Of a DNA stretch of 64,000 bases, positions 1-12,924 are shown one piece after another. The DNA lies in NCBI GenBank assembly GCA_047495785.1, contig JBLDXI010000003.1, forward strand, positions 1,364,001-1,428,000. The letters run 5' to 3'. The notes below the pieces were generated by a model that saw only the letters and a program-made list of their open reading frames with translations, searched no databases and was not told the origin of the DNA. Position numbers and translations under genes: made by a program. The stretch is from Lepidodermella squamata. Its lineage: Eukaryota; Animalia; Gastrotricha. How positions within the stretch are numbered: the first letter of the stretch is position 1; every line of letters starts with the position of its first letter.

Positions 1-849
1 CCTTTTTCACTTGTCAGCAAAGAAAAGGAGCGAAATGATGCGTTTGCCGCTAGTATATACGAAATTACTATGATGATTGTGCTGCTTGTAGTATATTTTA
101 TTTACGCCTGTTGTTTATCTGCACCCGAGGAGGGAGCTCTTTGTAGTATAGTCGCGCTTTTCGCGCCCATTCAGCGGCAATAATCGAGCGGAAAGAGACT
201 ATTTTTACGCTAAATTGCATCCGCCACCAAGTGCTATTCAAAGTTCCCAAGTGGGAAATAATTATTTATATTTTATTAAATCAATTATCAAGCAGTAAAC
301 AATGAAAACTTATACGGAATTGTAAATATGGAATATAAGGAAAATTATCCTTATTTTTATTTCCATACTGTTGAAGGAAGAAAGTTGAAAAAATGAGTAA
401 AATTTTTTCAATTTTGTTTCTGATTTTAAAAATATTTGTTCATATTTTTTTCAAAATTTTTTTATGAATTTCACATTTTTTTTTAATTTTTGGCATTATA
501 TTCACACTGCAAGTCTTCAATGTAACAGATACTCTTAAAAAGACGAATTCTCTTCTTCAAACTTGAATGAAACATTTATCAAACAAATCAATGGGAAAAA
601 ATGGAACAATCCTGCCTTTTTTGAAGTCAAGCGAGCAAAAAACCGAAATGGCGTGACGCGTTGCTAAGCAACAGACGCTTCAACGCAATGAAAGCAATGC
701 CTCCACGCGAGCAATAAATATCTGATGAGAGAGCAATAGATAATAAAATGAAGGAAAAAAAATCGACCAATACACGTGAAACGCAAGCCTTTGCATATAC
801 TAAAGCAATTCACACTTTATTCAAACTGGATTTTAAATCCTTTATTAGA

Positions 850-3800
850 ATGGCGTCAGACTTCAGTTTAAGTACGAACGAAAGGAATCCGATCAATTCA
901 AATCGGGCCGTTTTTATCAGTTACAACTGCGTTCAGCGAAATTTGGTCATTCCGCTGTGCTCCAATCTAGTTCCAGCCCAGATTTTCCGTCATGTTTTCG
1001 CTGATTTTCAGAAAAACCCTGACGAAACGTCGGATAATTATGAACAGGCGATTCTTATCGCCGACTACGTCATCATTTTCTTCAGCAACGAGTATCGAAA
1101 TAGCAAGGCGTGTGAGGCTGAGGCGCGCATGATCATGCAACAACGGCGAGGTCCGACGTGTGTCGTTAAATTGTACCCGGCTTTCGATGATTCATCGCTT
1201 GTTGATGGGTTCAGCTTTGCGACTACGATTAGGCTGATGGCTAATGGCCAGAGTATCGATGACGCGGCTGTGGCGTTGACAATGGCTGTTAAGGAACACT
1301 TGGTCATTTTGCCAAATACGAGCCGCGAACAGCAGAAAAAGTGAGTAAAAAATTCCCTAAAATTCCATGTTCTTGGGATTTTTTTCCTTCGAAGTCGAAG
1401 GCTATATAAGCGTCAATGAGTGGCAGTTTCAAAGCGTTCAATTTTCGAATCGACTAATTTCATGAAATTTTGAAACTTGCTACGATCGCTTTTAGTTTGC
1501 CTCAGCGAAGGGTGATGTTGGAATGGGAAACCTGTGAAATTTTCAGATTTGCAAGCATTTCCGAGTTGAAAATTAAAACAATGGGATTTTACCATCGGGA
1601 TCTTTCAAAAATAAAATTGAAATAAAAAACGGGGTGATTACAACGAAAATAGATTTTTAGAAATAAATGATCAACTACTTATTTCTAATAAAATGTTGCA
1701 TAATTATTTGTCTCTGAAATATAATAATAATAATAATAATAGTAATAATAATAATAATAATCAGGGCACTTGAAATTCAGGTAAAAAGTTCAAATAATAA
1801 GGGAACCTCGTTTTCCAAAATAAATTCCAAAATTTTCCAAAAAATTGAAATCCCGTCTTTGCTTCATAATTTGTCACCAAAGGGTCATCCTAACATGGTT
1901 CAACTTTCAATGGCTTCGATTGCCCGGGATAATCCGATGAAAAAGAGAAAAATTCTCAAAATATACCTGCAAGCTGGGAAAAATATTGCTAATTTTTGTT
2001 TCAAAAATTCTGAAGAATTCCTAAATCATCTCTCTCGTCAGGGAGTCGGGTGTCCAACGTTGTTTTCTGGTTTTTCTCTGTTTCAAGGCTAATTCATTAA
2101 TTTTTGAATTTTTATTTTATCTCCATCGGAAACAGCCCAATCAAGTTTGTTGGACTACCTGAAGTCAGCCAGCATTACGACGTGCATGATGAGAATGAAA
2201 TATTGCTCAAACTACAAACTACATCGGCTCTTAAAGGTCAGCCGCGTAATTTTCGACCTCAACATTTTTTTGGCATCAATCCAAAAAGCAATAATTTTAG
2301 TATGCGTCTTTGGAAATTGATACGAAATGATAAAATTCAAAATTCAAAAGTTTTCTATTGACCTGAAAATGGTGGGAAATTCTCCAAAAATCACTGATCA
2401 CCGCTATTTTCGATGAATTGAAACAGGAATTATTTTTGGGATTTTTCATATTTTTTGAAATTTTCTTTTCAATAGGGGGCTTTCTCCTGGTATCTGGTGC
2501 TGGCGGTCTAGGAAAAACAACCCTAGTCGCTCATTTATTACAAAGCAGCCCAACCTTCCTCCAAGATCTCTGCGAATTCGACATCGTACTGTGGCTAAAT
2601 TGCCTGAAATGGCGAGAAAACGACCCTGAAACATTAATCGATTTCCACAAATCACTCGATCAGCTATTCAACCAGGCCGAAATCGAATCTTCGAAACAGA
2701 AACGGAATCAAGGCTCAAATTGCTTACTGGTCTTAGACGACGTTTACTCGACGAAAATTCTCGACGAAATCAGCTCGAAATATTTGAAGATGACCTGTCT
2801 CGTCATTAGCCGCGATAAAGATTTGACCTACTTGTTCAATGGCGTCGTTAAATTAGAAGAACTGAGCGAAAACTCGGTCATCGAGCTGTTCACTAAAAAC
2901 TATCAATTAACGACGTTGACCCGCGAGCAGCTGGAGAATCTGGCTAAATTAAGCTGTGGCCTGCCGCTAATTTGTTCGCTAATTGCCGCGCGATTTCGGG
3001 CTAGGTTAAAAGACAACGCCGCTCAAATTAGCGCGCTTGAATACCGGGCAATTACTAAGGAATTACTCGAAAATTCAACGCGGTCAATCGGCGATATTTT
3101 AGCCTTCACTCTAGAACGGGAAGATTCAGCTTTCAGGCAGACTTTCTACGCATTTTTGCTGTTCGAACCGAATGAGCCGGTGGATATTGACGATTTGGCC
3201 TTGTTGTGGAAATGCCCGTCTAATCATCAGGCTCTTGTTAGGTGTCAGCTATTTATGGGGAAATCGTTGATAAGGCAGGTTAATCGGGATGCTGAAAGTG
3301 GTGATGTTATGCCGAGGTTCACGCTTCATCAACTCATGCATGAAGCGGCAGTGGAAAATGCGTGTGAAAAGCGAGATTTCGCGATCGACTTGAACGAGCT
3401 AAGGTATATTTTATTCAAATAAATTTTATTTAAATTTTTTAATTATTTTTAAAATGTTTAAAATGAAGAATTATTAAACATTTAATTGAATTTAAAAACT
3501 CAAAAGATTGCATAACATTTTGAAATGTCCTAATTACCTATTTTTTTTCGAATTTTTATTTAAACATTTTTTAAGAAATTTATTCGAGAAAAATTCTGGG
3601 AAATTGATTAAAATGTTTTCATATTTTCCCAAGGTACAAAATAGTGACGGGCCATTGTAACCAATCGCTGAAATTGCAAAATTCGTCTCGCCGTGTCGAA
3701 TTGTTGGCAAAAGCTGCCCAGAACAATCAATGGAACCTTCTGAACAAGATTTTCGACCGTCTAGCACCGCGAGATTTGGCTGAAATCAGCCGCAAGAAGT

Positions 3801-6646
3801 GCTCGATCAGCGAAAATAAATCGCTGCTTCACTTTCTGTACTGCAAAAATCAGTTCCAACTTGTTGGGAAAGCGATTTCATTGATTCTTCCAGAGGTCGG
3901 TCCTCAAGTCACTTCAGAAATTTTGCTGGAACTAGATTCGAAGAAAATGTCCCTACTCTGCCAAATCTACGATGAGGAAGATCTACTTGATAACTTTTCT
4001 CAGAGAAAAGGCCTTCTTCAAACTATTGGAAAAATTCCAGAAATTTACGATAAATATGTGCGATCGAAATGGTTGAAGGAAGCTTTGGAGTTGAAGTCGA
4101 AAAACAAGAATTTATTCGTCGCAGCGGTGAAGGGTGACCTGGAACCCTTCAAATCACCCGCGATCAGTCAAGCGGAACTTGATTTCAAAAACGACCGAGG
4201 CGAAACAGTTTTAATGGCAGCCTGTGCGATGGGCCACCTTGAAATCGCTAGACTAATAGTTGAAAAACGCGAAAATCTACTGGACCTTCAAAATGAAAAC
4301 GGCTGGAACGCTGTGACCTTCTCAGCGAGTTACGGTCGGCTGGATTGCGTTAAATTTTTGTTGGAAAAGAATCGCGAATTACTGAAAAGTGAGGAGAAGA
4401 ACTCTGCCTGGACGCCTTTCATGTTCGCTGTTCAACGAAATCATTCGGTCACGGTTGATTTCCTCCTCACAAGTGACTCGGAACAACTTGAGCGGAAAGA
4501 TTTAGACGGCCTCACCTCGTTGATTATAGCCGCTCAATGTGGGCATTTGGACCTTGTGAGATTTTTGATCGGTAAATCAGACGGATCACTCATGCGGAGC
4601 CAAGATTCAAGCAATGGCTGGACCGCGTTCATTCATGCGTGTCGGTATGGTCATTTAGAAGTCGCGAGGTACCTACTAAGCCTAAATTCCGACCAAATCA
4701 CTGATCTGGACCAAAGAGGTCGCACCTGTTTGATCGTCGCTGCTGAAAATAATCAAATTGAGGTCTGCAAATGGTTGGTCTCGCAACGTCCTGATCTATT
4801 GGGTCAGGTTGATATCGACGGCCGAACAGCTCTTCACGCAGCTTCTCAGGCTGGTTTGGTTGAAATCGTGAGATTTTTCGTGGAAACTGACTCAGTTCTA
4901 GTTAAATTTCTCGACAAAAACCGACTGAACCCTTTTGAAATCGCCGTTAAGAACGGCAGGCTCGAGGTGGTTAGATTTCTCGCCGATCAAAAAGACTTGA
5001 TCGCAAAATCCTTGATACCAGCCCTACATCTAGCCTGCGAGAATGGCCATTTAGAAATCGTGAAATTTCTAACAAATCGGATTCCTTACGAAAAGCTGAA
5101 TTCAACAATTGACGACACTGAACGGACTTGCTCAATGTCTGCAGCGATGAATGGTCATATCGATGTGGTTAAGTTCCTATACTTAAAAGCTGGCAAGTCG
5201 ATCTTGTTGTCTAGAGATCGAGAAGGTGCGACTATGTTACTTATGGCTTGTGAGGCGAATCGCTTTGATGTTGTTCGGTTCATTCTCGAGAAGTTGCCCG
5301 ATGGGCCAGCTTGGAAGAATAACGAAAGTCGAAGTGCCTTGATGGTGGCATCGGCAGAAGGACATCTACCAGTTGTGGAGCTTCTTTACGACATGGACCC
5401 TAAACAGGTACTTATTCAAGTAGTTCACAACCTTAATTATGATGCTTTGAAGCTATGAAGTTACTTTCTTATAAGGCCTCGATATCACTATCCCATCTTT
5501 CTCTAATTTGTAGGCAGCATGGCAGGGCGATCATGGTGAGACAGCTCTGATGCTAGCAGCTCACTGTAACCGAGAATCTGTCGTCAAGTTTTTCTGCGAA
5601 CGACAACCAAATCTCGTCGAAATGGTCGATTATTACGCCATTAGCGCAATCATGGTCGCTGCAGTCAGTGAAAACTACGAAATATGCCGAATTCTAGCTG
5701 CCTACTACAGCGAAGACCCCGTCATCTACCCTGGTTACCTCATCCTCCAAGCTATCGATGCTGTGATATCAGATCCGCTGAAACTTCAATCTCTAACGCT
5801 GAAATCAAGTCTGGCTTGTCTACGAATTTTAGCTTTCGAAAATCCGTCAAGTTGCCAGAAAATTACTGCAATCGGGCTACTACCGATTCTCGGTAAATTC
5901 CTCGCAATTTTCCGGACATTCCACATGGAGAATCAACGGGAACCTGCTGACATATCCGAGATCGAACCTGTGGTCATTGATCTCGAAAGGATGTGCTTAG
6001 GAATCCTTGCAAGCGTTTTTGAAGCTGAGGACGTATGTTTGGACGCTGCGAAGCAGTTAGGCAGAGGGCTTCAGATCGAGCTGAGATATCGCTTGCAAAG
6101 CATTTCGCCGGGTATGACAGTTTCAGAAGGGCATTTTTTTGCAGCGCAAATAGCGGCAGTCCTCCTTGCAAAAAGATTAGATGGCATCGATGGGACATTC
6201 CTTACTGAGCAGGGTGAGTCTTTCTCCATTTCGCAAGGAACTTCACTACCAATCTCTGTTTAGAATCATTGGCTGGTGATTTAGCTCTGTTTCTTGATGA
6301 AAAATGGATGACTGAATGCGAACTGGATGCTGAGGGGATGATTCGAAGGGTTGATGTAGATATTTACCTTAATCTTTCAACTTGGCCTGGTGACGAGAAC
6401 GATTTGGATGTAACAGTTGTTAGGAGATTCGGTCTATGGGCTCTGTGGCAGTTGGGCGTTGTAGATCGGCAGAATAGGGATCATTATGGCCGGTTGATTC
6501 GGTCTGCCAAAAGCGTGGAGTCGGTGAGAAGTGGCAAATCTGTGTCGACAAGCTTTCAAGCAATTCTGGAGTCCTACTCGAAGAAGGCTGATAAAATACT
6601 TGCGGAGGTTTCTGCTAAACTGTTGAATGAATTGTTTTCTAGCTGA
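850..6646 (+). CDS. NLR-like STAND protein: TIR - NB-ARC - ankyrin repeats - ZYG11/ZER1-like ARM domain (~1458 aa, 6 exons)
   Basis: Exons 850-1340, 2136-2236, 2476-3403, 3634-5407, 5514-6213, 6264-6646 join in frame through GT-AG introns (4377 nt). TIR: VFISY...SKACEAEA. NB-ARC: Walker A GAGGLGKT, Walker B LLVLDDV, GLPL, LHQ at the MHD position. Many GxTxLxxAxxxGH ankyrin repeats. The C-terminus matches remembered ZYG11B motifs. Confidence 0.88.
1721..1761. repeat. (AAT)n microsatellite in intron 1
   Basis: Directly visible ataataat run with one interruption. Confidence 0.95.
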
Positions 6647-6765
6647 TAGTTTGTACCGCTTTTTAGTTTTAGAAACCAAATGAAATTTGTTTGAAATGTT
6701 CGAATGTGATTGTATGATGATTAAAAGAGACGCTCGATTCCTTCTTATATTATTCATTGTATTCA

Positions 6766-8105
6766 TCACATGGTGCCACCACAGCTTTCTATATCAGCAA
6801 CTCCATATATGTTAGACTTGCCAGCACCCGGGTACCATGTAACCGCATGAGCGACGGTGTAGCAACAAGCTCCGAATGATGCGAAAGCATACATCACAGG
6901 GGCAAACTAATACATATTCAGAATTAATACAATATATGTTTGTACCGATCGCATGCTCACCAGTCCAGCTGTTGCATGTACGTGGCTAGCAACTGTAGCT
7001 GTATGGGGGAAACGGACGCAAAAGGCTGAAATTCCAGTGTAGAGATACTGCGAGGCACCTGTTATCTTGTAGGGATTAGCGTCAGCAGCTCCGATGCAGG
7101 TCAAAATCCCAGCAGCATTATTGGCCTGTGGGATGACTTCGTATTTGATCCAGGCAACGTTGGCAGGTGACTGCGTCGCTGCACAACAAAGATCAAATGT
7201 GCTAAATGTGTTGGGCCTGTCAGTAGATGCCTAGCCACATAAATTAACGCTAGGCAATTCTTGTATTTAGATGCGCAATGAAACAATTACTGAAGCGGCA
7301 GGGTTCACTGTCAGATAAGCGGTGCACGAAGCTCCGGCAACGTTGTGGCAAAATTTGACAGTTTGAGATACTCCAGAACCACCTTGGGTCGTCATCGAGC
7401 ACAATTGGTAGTTAGGCTGGAGCTGAGGATGAGTTGATGTGACCTACACTGTAATTTCAATATTGATCATAAATGAAGCTTAGCGCTTACCAACGTTGAT
7501 TTACTAATCGTTGCAATGCACTGATCGACAGAATCGAAAATATTCGCTGCAAACTATTTTCGGGCAGACATTGCGCGATTGGGTGATTAAGGAAGACGCA
7601 AGACTTTCGAAGATTTCTTACTTGCTTGACCAAGCGCAGAGATCCCGAACATCCCGGCACCGCAGGTGTGCAAGCGATCTTGTCGTTGCCATAATCGCAA
7701 ATCACGTATCGCTGCAAAATTGGGTCAAAAAGACTATCCATATTGATGACGCATAAAATGTCAAACCTGGGCAAATTTCTGGCAAACAACCGGATCCGAG
7801 AATTGTTCAGATATATCTAGAACAAAATTCACCGTGAGTTGCAAGTCATGCAACAAATATTTACAGCTGTTTCACCGCTTGTGCAAGACCCGGCTCTACA
7901 TGCTCCAGTTCCATTCGAGAAGCATTGAACGTACTTAGGAATGTCAGAAATTGCCAGGCTGTCAATGATTCATTTGAAATTTCACCATTTGATACGTAAT
8001 TGGACTGGAATCTTTGGCTGCATTTGGGTTACAAGCAGCTACGATCGATATCTGCTGAACGATAAATCCCAAGGCATATAGGAAAAAAATTGCTTTTAAA
8101 AACAT
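6766..8105 (-). CDS. Secreted Cys-rich protein, paralogue 1 (8 exons; +2 frameshift in exon 3, possible pseudogene)
   Basis: Signal peptide MFLKAIFFLYALGFIVQQISIVAAC. Phase-0 exons YVQCFSNG.., RYVICDYG..PGCSGSL, FAANIFDSVDQC, PNYQLC.., ..FCVRFPHT.., ..IESCGGTM*. Exon 3 (7816-7767) is 50 nt versus 48 nt in the paralogues. Confidence 0.75.
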
Positions 8106-8422
8106 CAGCTTGTTCAACCCAGAATGAAATAATATGCAAAAGTTTTTGTCCTCGTCAAATAATTGGAAACGTGAGCAGTTCAGTGCTTGCCGCTTCAACG
8201 GCTGCAACACCTCAGTTTTACTATATTATAGGTATATAGCACATTATAATGAAGTAATTAGTGGTATTGCTGCAAACAAGGAACTAACCCCTGGTAGTGA
8301 TGAAACGCCCTGTTGCGCAAAAGCCTAACAAAATGTAGCTCTCATTATAAGTGGAGTAAAAAAACAACCAGTGGCAGCCATTCCCTTTCTTTCATAACGT
8401 CCCGAAGAGAAACTTTCTTGTA

Positions 8423-9339
8423 CCCAGACCTGCCCAATTTAGTATGAAAATGGGTTTTCAAGGTATTTCATGGGCATAGATTTACGTTGGAGTCCAGAGA
8501 TTGAATAGTTGATTTGTGAAGTCGACAAGCACTAAGTATCGATTGGTGATTTGAGTAGGATAATTAGGACGAGGGAAATGCGAAAGTTCAATAAAAAAAT
8601 TTCGGTGATATAAGTGAGGGAGAATCTTAGGGACAGAATCAAAAAATTCGACACCTGAAACAGAAATCCTAAAAGTGATAGATGGAGACAAATGGATTTC
8701 AAAATCGTGATCAGGGCCTTCGAAAACTCCTAGAACTGCCGTAAAATATGTTTTCTCTCACAGATAATTAATTCCGCCATGAAAGGGTCAATTATAAGAA
8801 TCGCCCAATTTTTCCTTACCCCGTCGATAAGGTATCCACGATAAAATCTGTTGATACCTTGATCCGCTGGTGAGTACTTTTGTGTGCAGTAATATTATAT
8901 ACACCTAAGTGCTTGGTGGGTCATAGTGTTTGAGTATTAGCATGTACTCGTAAAAAAGCCAGCCGCTGAACCATCACGAACAATCGAACCCAGGTCTGCA
9001 AAAAATGACCATCTGACTGAGCGACCGATTGACCGAACGGCGAAAAACCGGACTATAATGAGCGAATTCCAGCTTGTCGATGTAGCCACATGCTTATTCT
9101 AGCGTATTTCAGTGCATTGCGTTCAGTGCATGGATAGAAAAAACATGACTTGAACAAAAATCGGCTGAAATTTGCGCTGCCCAGAAATCAGCTCCAGCGT
9201 ATTTCAATGAGCTCCCCATGCTTTATTGTAGCATATTTCAGCTTTCAGCTAATGAAATTAGTTCCTTATAAGCTTAAATGCTGAATGTCTGGAATTTCGT
9301 GCCCTTTTCGTATTCGTTTTCATTTCGTGTCGGTCTGGG
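8423..9339. mobile_element. Non-autonomous DNA element, CCCAGACC-terminus family
   Basis: Termini cccagacc / ggtctggg; subterminal gcgtatttcag repeats; 9060-9339 resembles 15760-16001. No clean TSD. Confidence 0.5.
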
Positions 9340-10231
9340 AATTATACTGCCGCTTTGCTGGTCAAATTTCAACCCTGTGATCAACAGCGTCAACAGCAGT
9401 GCTTCAGTTAACGCGTGCTTTTGTTTTGTTTTCTCCGTCATTTCGCCATTTTGTCATTTCATTATTTCTTCAATGCTTCATTTCTTCACAGTAGTGAAAT
9501 TCTAATTACCGTAATCCGGTAAAACTTTGAACATGTACAAGTTTGAACATTTCACGCAAATCAGCTTTTCTCTGAAACCACGGGGATCTACCGCTTGGGA
9601 ATTTTACTGAATATAGGTCTCGTTGAGATCTAACATTTTGCCAAGTTTCATCAACACAGCCCCCACAGTCTCTTCCTTAAAAATTCCCGAAAAAACAACG
9701 ATTTTGGTCTACTTTAAAGTGTTGTCCTGCGATAACCGTAGCAGATATTCGCGAGGTCCAACTTGGCGAATTGAAGCCTATACTTTTCTGAAGAAGTAGC
9801 CAAAAAGGCACGCCCATCTATAGAGTGGTTTTCGCGTGGCATGCGCTCAAAGGTGCAAACTTTGAACACTCGAAAGTACAACTTTGAACACGATGGAAAT
9901 TCATTATTTTGACTTTGAGGAGAATGTTTCGAGTTTTTCATAGACTTTGTTCGCATCATAGAGATCAGATTAATCAGAGAGGAAACTCAATGCAAAAATT
10001 TTCTGAAAAAAGTCAGCAAGTATTTTAAGAAGGATTTTTTTATTCCAAATTATTATCGATGACCTAGAAACTGCAGATTTTTGTTTTGCATCATGAAAAC
10101 TGACATTGAGCTATTTATTGTAAACTCGAAAGTAGTTTTCTTCGGCGACTCACTCCGAGCTTGACAACGCAAACCTCGTCCGATTAGGTGCTACCAAACA
10201 GGAAATATTGATGCGCGAAAATTTGTCAATT

Positions 10232-12920
10232 TTTCATTCATTCTCATTCATTCATTCTCATTTTTTATTGCAAATTGTTTTTCAACAGTTAGCAAATAGT
10301 TAAGTTTAGTTTAGCAGAAAGTTGTTTCTTGGCGCCTCACCACAGAAGTCACGTAGTTTACCAATGAAGGCGAATTAAATTTTATATGTTTGCAAAAAGC
10401 ACTGTGAGAGTTGTTAACCACGCAAGACGGCAGACGGTTCCACGCAGCACGCACGCGCCTGGAAAAGCTAAATTTATAGTTCAAGTTATTTCTAACCGCT
10501 TTCATCGTCACAGAATGAGGAGGAAGGCGAGAGTTTCGAGAGATTATAAAAAAGTCAGAGAAATTTATATCAATACAACCCTGATACATTTTATGCATTA
10601 GAATGAGGTCATGTTGGAAGCGGCGAACCTCTAGCGTCGTTAAGCCCAATTTCTGTAGACGTTCCTCATAAGATGCACCCTCGACCGTTTCGTGATACGA
10701 GCTTCGATAGAGTAGTCTTTTTGTGAACCGCTTTTGTACCGATTCAAGGTCATCAATATCCTGTAATGAAAAAGGCGAGTACACGGCTGGACAGAAGTCC
10801 AAACGAGATAATGTGTATGTTTTATACGCTCTAAATCGGAGGGCCTTAGACGAAAATGATTTGGCTATCATTCCATTAATACGATTACATTTCGCTGCGA
10901 GAGACTGACAATGATCTGAAAAAGCTTTGAATCGATAGTAACACCGAGATCTTTCACTGAGTTGACAACTTGCAGGTCCACACCATTGATGTTAAATTGA
11001 AACGGGAATTCATTTTTGCCCATTCTCAGTACGACACATTTTTTAGAATTAACAGACAATCCGTTATCGTCAAACCATTTGATTAACCGATCTAAGTCTT
11101 CCTGAAGTTCAAAGCAGTCTGTGAGATTACGAATGACCTTGTATAGCTTCGTGTCATCAGCAAATAACTTCATAATCGATTTCAGAATACACGAGTTCAC
11201 ATCCGATGTGTATATCAGAAACAATATCGGACCAAGAACCGAGCCTTGAGGCACTCCGGAAGTTACGGGGGACCATTCCGAGGCTTCAGAGTTGACAATC
11301 ACACGAAAGAAACGATCGGAAAGAAAAGCTTTTATCCAGCGAAGGAGCGCGCCACAAACGTTAATGTCAAGAAGCTTTGCTAACAACAATGTGATCGGAA
11401 CTGTATCGAAAGCCTTGGAAAGATCGAGGTAAATAACTACAACATCGAGGAGTTGGTCTAGAAAACCAAGCCAGTCGTTAGTACAAGAGAGGAGCTGCGT
11501 CTCGCAACATCTGCGCGATATGAAACCGAATTGGTTATCTGGGATCAAGTTATTCCTGTTCAAGTATATCAACAATTTGTCTTTTACAATAGTTTCCTGA
11601 ACTTTACATAGAATACAGGTTAGACTAACGGGTCTGTAATTCCCCGCCGAAGAAGCATCACCACTCTTCTTATAGATAGGAGCCACATTTGCGTATTTCC
11701 ACACAAGAGGAATTTCACCGGTCACTAATGATATTTGAAATAACAAAGATAAAGGCGTACAAAGCGATCGAGCTAGTTTTTTTATCAAGACGGCTGGTAG
11801 ATTATCAACACCACCTACTGGCTTTTCTTTGATCTGACAGACATAATCATACACCAAATCAGCAGTAAAATCTATGGTCTGAATACAGTCGTTTACAGCC
11901 TTAAAGTTCGGTGAGCTGAGAATGACTTATTGTTGTAGGCTCCAGCGAATTGCTGCCTAAAGGCTTCAGCCTTACCTGAATCATCCACAATGCTAACGTT
12001 GTTCGAAACTAGGGCTGGAATCGCTGGGCGAGCTTTGAAACGCATAGAGAAGTAATTGTACAGATCATCAATTTTGTTAGCAGAGAGCAGATTTTCCTCG
12101 TAATTTCGTCTAGCCTTGCGATATTCACAATCATACATTAAGCAGGCCGCTTTATAGCGAAGAAAGTCAGATGATAATTTCCCACTTGCTCTCCATTGGC
12201 GGTACAGGCGACTTTTCCTATTTGATAACCGCTGAATGGCCGCGCTGACCCAGGGCATTCGCCCTTTCTTTCGCTTACGAGTCTTCCGTCGAGGTACGAA
12301 TAGCAAAATGCCTCGATAGATTGTGTGCAGAAACCGTGTGTAACAGGTGTCCATGCTGCAGTTTGAGAACATTACAAGCCAGTTTACCGAATCTACATAG
12401 TTCCCAAAGTTGACGTAGTCGCATTTCCGAAAGTTGAAGGCGCTCAAAACATGAGTCTTTGAACTTGATGAGCAAAATTCCACATTCATCCTGAATCTTA
12501 CAACATTATGATCACAAGAAGCCGCGAGCGGTTCATCAACTTCGACACACGAGACGATGTTAGGAATATTAGATATGACTAGGTCGAGGATATTATCACC
12601 ACGCGTTGGTTTATCAACATATTGGATTAGATTATTTCTCAGAAAGAACTCGGTAAAACATGAGTAAAGTAATTTGCTAGGATTTTTGAACGTTACCCAG
12701 TTGAACTCTGGCAAGTTGAAGTCACCAACCATTACGCAGGGTTCTGAAGTATCGACTTGCTTTTGCAAGTAACTCACGAGATCACGAATGGATTCCATTG
12801 GCGAATTAGGTGACCGATATACGATAACCAACCGTAGCGATGTTCTATCGAGCTGACAAAGACAAGTGACACATTCTATATAGCCATCGAAAGAGAAGGT
12901 GCTAAGAAGGCGAGGATCAT
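10232..12920 (-). mobile_element. 5'-truncated CR1/L2-group LINE, ORF2 (APE endonuclease + RT) frameshifted
   Basis: ORF pieces 11893-12831 (VYRSPN, GDFNLP, LDLV), 10868-11857 (YRPVSL, QFGF, DLSKAFD, GVPQGSVLGP, FADD) and 10311-10871 lie in three different frames. AATAAA plus (TGAA)n tail at ~10232-10268. Confidence 0.92.
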
Positions 12921-12924
12921 GTTA

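Noticed and set aside
748-849. Upstream ATG for the TIR gene
   Set aside because: The extension is AT-rich and has no counterpart in the paralogue; ATG 850 is preferred, though not proven.
1338-1344. Programmed TIR-only isoform from the in-frame stop at the donor (also at 42120-42125)
   Set aside because: Any phase-2 intron starting GTGA or GTAA gives such a stop, so it carries no information without transcripts.
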